A stretch of DNA of 64,000 bases, from assembly GCA_000934665.2 (NCBI GenBank), contig JYFJ02000197.1:124001-188000 (forward strand). The letters run 5' to 3'. Source of the stretch: Catajapyx aquilonaris. Its lineage: Eukaryota. The position numbers were made by a program, and so were the translations under genes. Below are positions 1-12,181 of the stretch, piece after piece; position 1 is the first letter of the stretch, and each line of letters begins with the position of its first letter. Below the pieces are notes generated by a model. It did no database searches, was not told where the DNA came from, and saw nothing but the letters and a program-made list of their open reading frames with translations.

Positions 1-3000
1 TTAACTATTGTGTGTTCATTTCAAATTTGGCGCCAAAATGATTAATCGCGGATATGCATACAATTAATCATCGTCTCTGTACTGTTCAAGCAAGAGAAAG
101 AATTTAACTAGTTATTACACGCCAATAAAATTGACTTGACTGCTGAGTCATTGACACCTCCGGACCACCCCCACATTTGGTGACTGCCAGCGTAGGCCTA
201 CTCTAATCGTGTAGTATGATCACACCTCTTTCTCCTTGAAACCTGGCAGGGTCATCGCGTGAAAATGCTCTCTAAACCTATCAAAATGCTTGGCTTTTAC
301 TCTTTCCCTATGTTTAGACTTCATGAAAACCGGCATGTGGACGACCATCAAGTGCGATAACATTTGTAATTACCACTCAGAAAAACAAAAAAGTTTTTTT
401 TTATCAGACGCAAGGAACCAACTCTAAATTCTTGCTCCGTCTTCACCTAACAGGTTTGTATCGTATTGCCCTTCATTTTGAAGCAGCAGCTGAAAAACTA
501 CTTATACGCCTACTGTCCGGCTCCTTTTTACGTGTCTTTGAGTCCGGTACTGCACAGGTGGTCTGTAGTCATCCAGAAAATACGTCACGCTGGTGGTATA
601 GGAGGGAGATGATGCCAATGTGACAGATTACTGTGGTGGTGGAGAATGATATTTTTGTCGTATTAAAACTGTATCATACATATGTGAAACGTCAAATAAT
701 TTTTTAGGTGAATTTTTATTGAATTTTTTAAAATGTCATCAAGTTGTTGACTTCAGCACAAATATTTCAACCAATGTTTTGACGCCAGGAAACAACAACA
801 CAACGAAAATGGATGGCAACACGGGTCAATTTACAGTTGAACATGCAGAAAATATTACCTCCTGGAGATAAAAGTGCAGATATGACACTGCACTCGTGAG
901 AAGGAAGTCCCTTCAAATTCGTCAACCTGACGAAGACTCGTGTTGACCCTCGCATGACACGTCCTTTCGGATGTCGCGGACTCGTGACAACTCGATATCA
1001 GATACAAATCATCGTGATGCAGGGAGAAGCCCCCAAAGGACAGTTTCCACGTGAGATGTAGCACTGAGGTGGTCAAAAAAAAATACGGCAGCACAAGATG
1101 CATCAATCTCCACCATGGACCTTTAAACGCAGAGTTTCATCCGGAGTTTTAACAAATGTCAAAGTGACTTGACGAACTGGTGTTACAGCTTTATAAAGAC
1201 TGGTTTTCCTTTAGATCTGCCCAGATATCATAAGCGCAGCAATAAAAATGTTTAAGTAGCTCTTAAGCATGTCGGAAAATTGCTCCAATCCCTGCCGTTT
1301 GTCGCACACTTCACAAGTAGGGTAATTGATTCATATAAGGACATGATTTGTTACCTACTTGCCACCAGTCAATCCCCGACGCAAATTTGCAGAGTTAATT
1401 TATAACTGTAGCTTGTCCATCGGGTATACCGGACCACACTGGATGCAATTTCTAAGCTGGTTGATCGCCCTCCATTAACTTGTCATGAGGGCAATCAAGA
1501 AACCTATCAATGGCGTAATACTGCCTGTACATGACCACACGCAATGCAATCAAACCTTTACCTGATTATTGTGCTTGATTTTTCAATGCCACTAAGGCGC
1601 TGATGCACACCTTGAAAGGGTTGGATTATCTGATATTGTCTATATGGGTTTAAGTCATGAAGAAATAGGATTAAGATAGGACTGCCAGAAGTTGGTTCAA
1701 GTATAGTCCAGAGTGAGATAGCTTTTTTAAGGCCCAGGTGTTAAAAATGGAAATCCCTGAAAAAAAAAAGTGTGGCGATAGAAAACGTGACGGTGATGGA
1801 TAGATTGTGAACCCTCCCTTCTTGGTGTCGACTGGGAAATGAAGCGTTTCGGTTTAGCGAGTCCAGACTAGTTTGTCAACGCGCAGGTCCAGGTTCTAAT
1901 ATATATAAAAAACATTTTCGCGCAGGATTGGAACGAATCGGTTAGAGGCTCGTTAATCACAAACTTGTCACCTGGATGGATTTTCGCAAGCTTACAAAAG
2001 ATGGGGGACCTAGCTGAGCTGTGGAATTAATCAAGGTCTCATGGGAAATACTGATGTCATATTACTTTATTTTTTTGTGACAGCTAGGAGACTTTTTTGA
2101 GGTTTTCATTTGCAGAGTTAAAATTTCATGCTTAATAATGTGTGTAAGGTAAATGGAAAGGGAGGTTTTAATGCTGAAAAAGCTGTAAATTACAGCTGCA
2201 AATTAGGGACTAATACAATGACAGGTACTAAAATGCTAATGGAAAACAAATTGCAATTTATTATGCTTTTGGTAAACGAAGAACAGTTAGGGATACATTA
2301 GTTAGCGAAACTGAATAACACCATAATAATAGTAAGCGTCGTTCACTCTCCATATTATTACTATTACATGCCATAATTTACAAATGTTTTTGCTGACCTA
2401 GACAATATAGGTCTGTTGCACTTGTGTCATTTAAAAAGCAGCAACCGCGGGAATGAATTTTTAAATTACTGCTTCACCTGCCAGATCCGGAGCCTACAGC
2501 AAATCAGTCCTCATATACCTGATGCAATGATGGCAATACCAATTATTAGTAACATCCTTCCGGTTTTCAGTCCTGAAACAGTTCTAAAGACAATGTCCAG
2601 TTAGAGAAGCTAAAAAATGCAATTCTTAAATAATGAAACTTGGAGGTGATAATTTCACATATGAAATACAGTAGGACTAGGTAATAAAATTCCTACCTGT
2701 ATAAGTATCATATTTCTCATTATCAGCCATGCAGGACTACCACAATAATATATTTATTAGGTAACACAAGATATAAACCCAACACAGATAAGATCTTGAT
2801 TTATTGAAACAGAAGTCCAACCTGTAATTGCCCAGGTGTGTACAATAAGTTGAACTGCTCGTTGTTACTATAAGGTTCAACCTTACCGGTGAAAGGTCTC
2901 TGCATGTATGTCAGGTGTGGGAGCTTTTACTAAGTCATCAATAACGTCACCGACATCAAAATGGGGACCTGGTTTTTTATGGGAGCTTGGGGGATGTGTC

Positions 3001-6000
3001 CCAAACGGGGGTAGCCATTCTTTTCTCTCTTTTTCGGCATGAAACCTCAAAGAATTGGCGTACCAGTTGAATGTCCGTATCTGCCAGCCATTCAGGTAAA
3101 AGAATTGATAACTTTTTTGGTGGGAACTAGCCAACGTCCCACCTAAGAATTTTTTGGAATATTCCCAGTTTTTTGACTACCCAAAAAGGAGAAAAGTGAT
3201 TTAAAATTAGCCGTTGCAAATTTTCAGTTATTTTTGCCTGCTACAACCGGATCCGGATAAAATTTCCCCAAACTAAAAAGCTGATAACATGGTTTGACAA
3301 ATAGGTTCTTGTCGCGGGTTCCGTCGCGAATCAACTCACAGGGATTTTTACACCCTTCTTTATTTTTTTTTACATATGCATCGCAAGTGTCGGTACACTA
3401 TCTCGCCTGTCATCTCCGCCGTTCCATTTTTCCACTAAAGTCATTCATCACGACCTGAAAGCGTCCCATGTCAACTCTACAGTCAGAAGGGAGGAGGGAG
3501 GTAGAATAAAAAAAAATACCCGAATGACATTTTGAGAAGACGAGGATTTGATGACAGTTAGCTGCGATACATCTTCATCACTTAGGATGCCCTGTATGTC
3601 AATCTGAGACCGGTTGCCCCCTAACCCCTTTACCTCGGGCAACTTTTCCCCGCCTTTCGCCCACAGAACAAAAAAGACAGGCTCTATTGTCATCGTTTTG
3701 GGCATTGGTTAAAGGAAGGACATAAATATGGATAAAGGGACGATTTGGGATGGTGTCGGGATGAATAGAAAGTGGTGTCAGTTTTTCAATCAGCGCTATA
3801 TGATGGAGTAATGGGAGTGATGACCTTTGTTGGACTTTGATGTGTTGATTCTAAATAAACACAATGACATGTATTTGATATTTCCGGTTATGAGCATGGG
3901 ACATATGCTAATAATGACATGCAAGCAAATTGCTGACATGGGAACTACAAGCCGAATAAGCATGATACATTACGTAATCATAAAGCTTCAAAAACATGCA
4001 TGCACTTATAGGCTAATAATATAAAATAAAATGACTTTCATGGTTTAAAGCCTGGTCATCTGAACACCACGTCAAATCCCTATAAGAAAAGCTGTTTGTA
4101 CGTAAAGTACGGAGTATACGAACCGACTTTGCTTCTCGTGCAATGAGTCAGCAATTTTTTGCAGTGATTTATATTTCTTCCCAGAAGAAAACCCAGAGTT
4201 GTGAAAATAAGCTCAAGCCAGCTCAGCAGATTAATTTGTGGTCTTGAGGCTAGACTCCAGAGTAGGGTAAAACAACATCTATAACCTTGCGTAGGATTAC
4301 ATCACCAAGTGCGCTACCTTGCTATGCATTTTCTGCTACCTTGAAAATCTGAATTCTATTTTTTTGAAAGTAAAGTAAACACGAGGCAGGATTTTGCGTC
4401 ATTTGGGGACCGTGCTAAATTTTTTAACACTTTCTAATATGTCAATATGCTATCCTTTGGGTTACGATATTGGATGAAATTCAAATAACACGGTGAGTCA
4501 TGAAACGTTCACACATTCAATATTCTTCAAGGCGATGCCATATGACTTTCGTAACCGATGCACTGATTTTCTTACAGGAAGGATGATGAATCATATTTGA
4601 TCCGACCGGAAGTCACCTTAAAATGAACTTTATCCGGACACGCAACCGTCCTAAGGGAGAAAATTTAGTGGGAGGGAAGTTGGTAAGAAGAAAAAAAAAT
4701 CTACAAGGTTATGGGTCTTTCCTCAATTTTAGTACGGTGGCGGAAGTAGGATTTCCTCTGAAGGAGTAGACGCCGATTTTGCTCACCAGAGCGAAACATG
4801 GGAGGACCTTCGTGGGAAGAAAATACGCTTTGATATTATCAGCACCGTTGCCACAGGTGTATATAGGCACAAAATATTTATTCCAGGCAGAAAACATACT
4901 ACGACTGATTTACGCAACTGCAACATTTGGGCAACCCTATGTTGAAATAAACAAGTACAAAAAAATTTCAAGAAAATATACAAATACACATGCCGTGATA
5001 TCCCGTCCGAGTATTGACGTCATGATTCTGGGAGTCAGACGAAGGTACGTTATGTTGAGGTAGATAAAGGATGATACTTTTGTTGAGGTAGGTAGAGAGT
5101 TGCGAAATTACTGGAAAACCGAAGGTCGCTCCGTGATATAAGAACGATTTGCGTGCACGTAGTTATCTCACACATTCTGCGCTGTAGAGCATCAGACACG
5201 GTGGTGAAACTTTACATCTTGTTATTAACATTGGTAAGATATGTGGTTTTCATTGGGTACTGAAAAAATATTCGTCTCATGACGCTAACGATGTGGGAAT
5301 TGCTCTGCGCACTATAGAATTTTCCGGGGTCTACATGTGAGAAGATAGGTGTCACAGGTTGCATGAAGGTCGAACCTAATGTAAGGAGGAGTAAAAAAAT
5401 AAATCAACAGAGGAAATGATGAGGGCGGATAAATCCTTTGTTCACGGGGGTGGAAACAGAAGGGTGGTTCGTGTAATACATTTATTGCTATTGAGCGTTA
5501 CTTGGTAATTTCAAAGTAATTATTATGCCAACTTTTGTTGAAATATTGCAACTTGCGTTCCACATAATGATTTATTTTTGTGATTATTCCGTACTTACAA
5601 ATATTTATTAGCCAATTACATCGCAAACAGGAACTACCAAAACATTGAATAACTGCCATCAAAGGTGTGGAAAGCCCCACTGTAAATACATAAATAATTA
5701 TGGTGTTTGATTCTATTATCTCTAATTACTACATATTTGATGACGCTTAATTATTAAATAACAGCAGACAGGAAGTCAGATAACTTGCATCATCGCTTTA
5801 CATTATTTTATTTTTTTCTGACATATTACTGCATTCACTTGCCAGTTGTTGATTTCCTGAACAGAACATCAAGAATTCAAAATAAAAACAGCACCTTCAT
5901 CACAATATGCATGCCTTTGCAGTAAGGGTTGCCCCACCTTTCCGAGCCCTGGTGGTTTCGAAAGCGACAGTCTTCTTCGGTGTCGTAATAACAATCGTCC

Positions 6001-9000
6001 CATCAAAGAAGGCTAAACGTGGAAGTAGTCTTCAGCAGTCATAAGGTACGCCTGGGTCTGTGAGCATGTAGTAAACAGAAAAAAAGGGTATGACCTGTAT
6101 GAGCAGCGGCATGGAAAAAAGGCCACTTCCCGTCGCCTTGATCTCGTAACCCATTGTTCCCAAGGAACGGCCTTCAAGTAAAAGGAAGACCTGAGATGGC
6201 GTGCTTCTGGGTGCTGCCGCTTGCTTGCTTTGCTTGCCTGGGGAATTTTATCTCTCTTCAGGTCTTGAGGTTTTTTGGGAGACTGCAGGAAGGCCGATTC
6301 TCAGTTGGAAGAGAGGGCAAGGGATGACTGACCGTAATTATGGCGCTGTCGTTTCTTCTTGGGAATGAGGACACTTTGGTGCGGTAGAGTCGTTGCAAAA
6401 TGGTGACTTACAGATTGTTTATAATGTTGGCTCATGGGAAATTGCTGTACGAGCATTAGCTAAGCTGCGCCACCGATGCGGGACTAATAAAAAATTAACG
6501 TTTTCACTGGAGAGTCCAGTTACATACATGTATGGGCCAGTGTTGCACGTGTAGTGCTTCATGGCTTTAGGTTTAATATTAACAACAACCATGCGGGCAT
6601 ATTAACACTGCAGAAAATTGCTAAGTAACTAATCCGTATAGGTATGCTCTATATTCATAATGCAAGCAAGGCTGTCAGCAGTGCTAATACAATAAGTTAA
6701 AATTAAAAATTAGTGTTCGTAGCAATAATTATTACCTTTTCATAGATTACTCGATTTTTCATTTTGTGAGCAGGCAATGCTGTAGGAAAAAGTGAACAAA
6801 CTCTAATTTACCATTACGAATTCTAGTAACATTTGCAGGCGGTGACATGTAGCACGCACAAGCCGGGGCCCTAAGAAGCCATTGCGTAATGTGCTCGTAT
6901 TATACGCAGATGTGATATTATGCATCGACAAGCTCTACTTCCCATTTGTGTCTCTTATGTGGTCATGCAGTTCCTACTCAATGGTACTTGCAAAACCACT
7001 CTGAATAGCAGACCAATAATTACGTCCAGTTTTTTTGTCCAGCATGCCATCCCTGAGCATTTAAGTTCCATTAAAAGGTGTCCCCCAACTCTCATTACTT
7101 GTCTCATCTTTTCTCCTCCGTAAAAGCCATGGGGGCAGAAGGAGACGAAAAAGCAGAGTAGAAAAAAAAGCCCATGAGCATTGTGTGTATAAGGATGTCT
7201 TAGTAAATCCCATTGGGTCAGAAGGTTCTAATACAAGCTGGTTCTAGGCCCCTTGCTGGGACACCAGGGACCCCTAGCAACTGATTTACGCCCATCATCT
7301 TAGTTACATCTATAGCCCATTTGTTCCGCTCAAGAGGACCCCGAAAGTGTAGCAAAGGGGTCTTGGGATCGTTCCAACCATCATGGCTCAGTTCCATTTG
7401 GACATCCTCTAGTGATTTAGCATGCACGATTTGGCCACCCTCGAAAAAAATTGCTATTCAACCTAGTGTTTTATATTTGATCCCCTTTTTTTCTGGCTCA
7501 GAAAATGTCACCCGGTTAGGTAGGACTAGAAGAGAGAGAGAGAAAAAAAGAAGCTAGATCTAGAAATTCTCCGGGAGGTCTCCCATCCAAACAGAAGTGC
7601 CAGATCCCTAACGCGGATAAAACTACGTCGTGAGCGATTCTCATTAAGATAATGCTTTTTTACATATATCCGCCGGCGGGATCCGGTAACTCGTGACAGG
7701 CGTGACTGTTGGTACTTCTTTTGCACCGTTTCTGTTGGTAATCGTGGGCGATTTTGCTTCATTTCTTTTCTCGAATGGCGACCTTTTGGGGTCGAATTGG
7801 CGCCTACGGGCATTGATAAGTTATGAGGCTGCGGGATGGGATGACTCCTACCGGTAGTAAATATCGTCGCGGTTTGATAATTCTATAACTAATGTGCTAG
7901 GGATATGCAGGTGCTAATACTTCCCGATTTTTCGGTGTGTTTTGTGCCGATTTATGGCCAGTTGCATTTGTCTACCGCCGTAAAGGTATAAGACCCAAAT
8001 CACGATGTTTACATTATTTTTGTTGTATGCCATGCCACTATACACATTTTGATGGCGCTATTTTTTGCCATTTAGAGATACAATATGCCCAATATAGTAT
8101 ACTTCCAGACTATGGCCGAAACGGTACTTGTTCCCTTTTCTATCCTTTGTTGATTGAGGAAACTCTTCCAGCCTGACCATGAAACACTAAACTAATCCGG
8201 ACCCTAATATAGATGCCGCTGCAATATAGGTCAGTCATAGTGTCCCTTTTTCTTTCGGTCCTTTTGAAGCACAGTAAATGTCAGCGCTTGTTTGAGAGAC
8301 AATAAACGAATGGGACATAAAACTGGTGTTGACATGTGACCCGATTCACTTTCTCGTCCACGCGGCCTTGCTGATAACAATGCATCGAATCTATTGTAAT
8401 ACATGTGTACACAAATGAACATGTGTATATTCGGGGAAGTATCTGAAACATTGTTGTAAGGCATAAGAAAAGGTATGGAAGCGGGGGCAAACACTTCAAA
8501 TAAATTACCAGGGCCAATAACCTGCCCATCTCACCAGATTCCGCTTCTGGTTTGGACCAAGTAACCCCCGTGAGAACCATCTCCTTCAGGAGGAATAATT
8601 ATTATGTTTGGCCTTCATGTGCGAGATTCCTTCTTACTGTTAGAGAGTTTTTAAGGGAGGAAGAAAGGAGGTGGGGGTCATAAGCCACGAATTTGGCGGA
8701 TTGGCCGGTGTTGATGTAGAGGAAGGAGGGTTTAGTTGGGGAGGGGGAGGGAGGGGGGCAAGGTTTTTTTAAAAAGACGGGGGTCTTCTCACGTGCGCTA
8801 AACCTTGCTTATGTGGATGAAAACCCCCCGCTGGCACAACCTCGGGCTGGGGAAGGCTTTCAGTCAAAGGACCTTTATGGATGGACCTTTTGGCGGTTGG
8901 CCCATCAGGGTATTTGACCAGACCTCTGCGATATGTCCTATTAACCCTCTCCCTCCCTTCTTCCTTACAGATAAAGAGTGAAAAAACTTGCACACATTAG

Positions 9001-9154
9001 TGTGATACATGTTTATAACGGCCCCCAGACTTCCCGCAATTTTTATTTGCAAACGTGTCGTCAGGTCCAGCTCCTAATTAACACACACGCATATCACATG
9101 CGTCTACTTGCGTGAAGCGTCTTCCTGCGCGTACAAACTGAAATTGTAACTTAC

Positions 9155-9175
9155 CTTGCTCCACAAACCAATCAT
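9155..9175 (-). other. Candidate first coding exon end (MIGLWSK|) of an unidentified minus-strand gene extending off the left edge
   Basis: ATG at 9175-9173, seven codons, then a perfect consensus donor AAG|GTAAGT at 9154. I found no matching downstream exon in 1-9154. Confidence 0.25.
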
Positions 9176-11168
9176 CTGGTTCTAATGAGCAACCTGGGCG
9201 GTCCAATTATTCACCCAGGTCTGCTTAACATACAGGCTAGATCCAGTGTTGATATCTCCTTCGTCGTCTGATGTGCAAGAATGTTGCAGTGCTAGTATCG
9301 CAATGTTGAGTTTGTTCACACGGATGACATATTGCGTCCAAACTTCATCGAATAATGGTGCGAAGGAAGTAAAATCGGCAATGGTGTGCGAAAATTTCGA
9401 CCCACTGTCCTTTAGAAATCTCTAAACCCAAATTGAGATCTGATGTTACTGTATTGGCTTGAAGATAGCAATAATTGTCGTCAAACCCGTTACATCCATC
9501 GGCTCTGAAAGAAAGGACCTGCTCAAGTATTTCTTCTTCTCGACTTTTTTTTTTGTGTGTGTGTCTCTTCTTCTTCCGACCCCTTCTTTTATGTCCACTC
9601 TTTAGGAGCAAATTGCTGGGCTCCAGAAAATTTATGTCGGTATTGCAGCTTTCATCAGAAAACACCGAGTCTCATGCACAATGGCAATTTACAAACAAAA
9701 GTACGGCCGAATTGTTTCCATGGCCGAAGTTGGGTCCCATGTCCCGGCATTCCACAACCGGTGTCCTGCTGTCTGTCGGCAGTTTGACCAGTCCTCCTCC
9801 CAACTTTCCTCCTTAAATTACGAAGCGTCCCACTCTTTCTTTACCAGCCTCCTTCAAGAAGAAGAAGAAAAAAAACGGAACGTCCGCAGCAATGAATAAG
9901 ATGCACGGACATCACCGTTGGATCGGAGCTATTTTTTGTACCCTTTTATTTATTTGTTTGGTAGACCACTTCGCATTTGAAATGCATCCGTAGCAGCTCG
10001 GTTGGACCATCTAGTCCAGAGTATTTCACCAGTCCATGGTGGTCTTGCCGAACCGACGATCAATTTGATTTGAATGGCCAACCACTGGACAATAAAAGTG
10101 GGAGCGACTGGTCCATTTGAAAACATCTGTCACACGACAATGGACAACGACGTTGCCCCCTTCTGCTGGAAATGGCTGATGGTATCGTTTCTGTGGGTTT
10201 TTTTTCTCTCTGGATTGACCATCTCGATCACGACTTTCACCCCAAAGCTGTCTAGGGGCAAGGGAATTGAGGGAAAGAGATTTGTTGCGAAGAAGAATTT
10301 GGAAAGTGCTCCAACTAGTCCGGACAACCAGCGTTGATATGAAGATCAGATGATGGAGCAAGGGTCATGCTTTGGTTTCATTTTTTTTGCGAGTCATTTT
10401 CTCGAAACTGGTGTCCATTAGGAGCTCGTGTAGCTTCAAATTGCTTAGAAACTTTGGATAATATTTGTGTTGCCGGCTTCGTAGCTAGGGAAAAACATCG
10501 CGTGGTATAAAACCAGACTCACGTTTTGTTTGGGCCAACCAAAAAGGTGGCCTGGTTCATTCTTTCATGTGGAAAGTCACGACCCGAAAACAGCAGCAGG
10601 TCTCTATGCGGTCAGTCCTCATCGTGCCCCCTGCAAATTGACCCCCAGCTCGTCCTTTACACGCAAGCTGCTAATTGGGATTGCCTTCTTGCACGATGAC
10701 CCAGGGAATGTACCTGGTTTTTCTTCCAGTTTCTTTTTTTCCGAGTCAACGGCAGGAATTCTAAGAAAGACGAAAATCGCGCAAGAGTCGAATTCCTTCG
10801 TGAAATGTAAGTGGAGTACATCTTAATAGGACTAGTGGGGGAATAAAGAACGGGCTTGAAAAGTGGTCGACCACACACGTGTTGGGAAGGAATTCCGAAA
10901 GCAAGGAATTCAGTAACACTGCGTTTATTCCATCGTCAGATGTAGTAATTCACACACTTTCGTGCCGTTATTTCCTGTGCTTTAGAATTATGTCCCATTG
11001 CGAGCATAAAGTGACACTGATTATGTTTGCAAGGTGTTTCATATTATCCGCACTCGGCTCGTTGTAGCGTGCATATTTTGTTTTTAATGCTACTGACATG
11101 CTTGCGGATATAATACAATAGAATAAAAAATTGTTCTTGTTGTCGCACATATGCTACACCATATATAT

Positions 11169-11220
11169 GTGGAATATAGGTGGAATATGTAGGTGGAAAT
11201 ATAGGTGGAATGGAAAATAT
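11169..11220. repeat. Short imperfect tandem repeat of an ~11-13 bp unit (GGTGGAATATA), about 4 copies
   Basis: gtggaatata ggtggaatatgta ggtggaaatata ggtggaa tggaaaatat. Confidence 0.8.
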
Positions 11221-12149
11221 TATTCCCACAAAAAATATGTACGGTGTTGTTGTCGGATTACGAATAAAGAATGCGAACTTTATAGAACTCTTTATAAGAA
11301 AAAGAATAATTATTCTAAGTGGCTTTAGGATAAAGAAGATGATTGTACATGCCTTAGCAATTCAAAGGCACAATATTCTCTAGCTCCAAAGGTTTCAAAA
11401 CAGAGAAATTTATTTTCTTGGGTTTCCTATCCTACAATTGTCAGACTTAAACAACTGTTTATAATTAGTGGCTGAAAAATATTATCTCGCAGTGGAAAAT
11501 CATCCTTCACCTGTGATTCTTAAATGGACAATTCTGAAAAGTTAAACTCACACACTTAGGTGTGTCTTGTCACTCACATGCACATTTTTATACAACTGCA
11601 TTTTTATTCATGCATGCAATATTATTAGTCTGTCTTTGTCCAGCTACTGAATTTAAAACTGTGCAATTTAGATATGTTGATGAAGTCTGTCCGTTCTAAC
11701 ATAATATCCTCTTTGGCTTAGTATATGCAGTGACAATTTGAATACTTTGTATCTTGATGAGTTGTAAATAGTTCAAAACATTTTTGAAATAGGTTTTTGC
11801 TCTTCTATCATCTACTGGAAGGTTTTTTGTACGTCTTAAAAATCAATCTTTCCACCTCTTATTGAAAAATAGTGGTAATTGACAAAGAATTATAATGCTT
11901 GAATTCTAATGTGAATTCACAGCTTGATTCTGATGTTCAAAAATACCATTTTGGGCTTTTAAAATTTCAAGAATCTTCAGCTCTATCGATTTAGACATGG
12001 TGCATCCAAATTCGTAGCAGATTTCTTCTAAAAGAAGGAGGTACATTTTAAAAGTCAGTATAAGACAATGAGTTGCTAAGATTGTATGAAACAGGTTGAA
12101 TAATATTCTCTTTCCAGTGACATTCCAGTTCCCCGTGGTAGAATGAATT

Positions 12150-12181
12150 CAATCAATCAATTGCTTTATTTCCCAGATGCA
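12150..12181 (-). mobile_element. 32-bp retroelement tail micro-insertion with 14-bp TSD
   Basis: Direct repeat TGGTAGAATGAATT at 12136-12149 and 12182-12195. The insert reads TGCATCTGGGAAATAAAGCAATTGATTGATTG on minus, i.e. AATAAA plus an (ATTG)3 tail. Confidence 0.7.

Noticed and set aside
2887..2968. Possible minus-strand exon (PHFDVGDVIDDLVKAPTPDIHAETFHR) with CG|gtaagg donor
   Set aside because: The acceptor lacks a pyrimidine tract, and the frame compatible with MIGLWSK| hits a stop.
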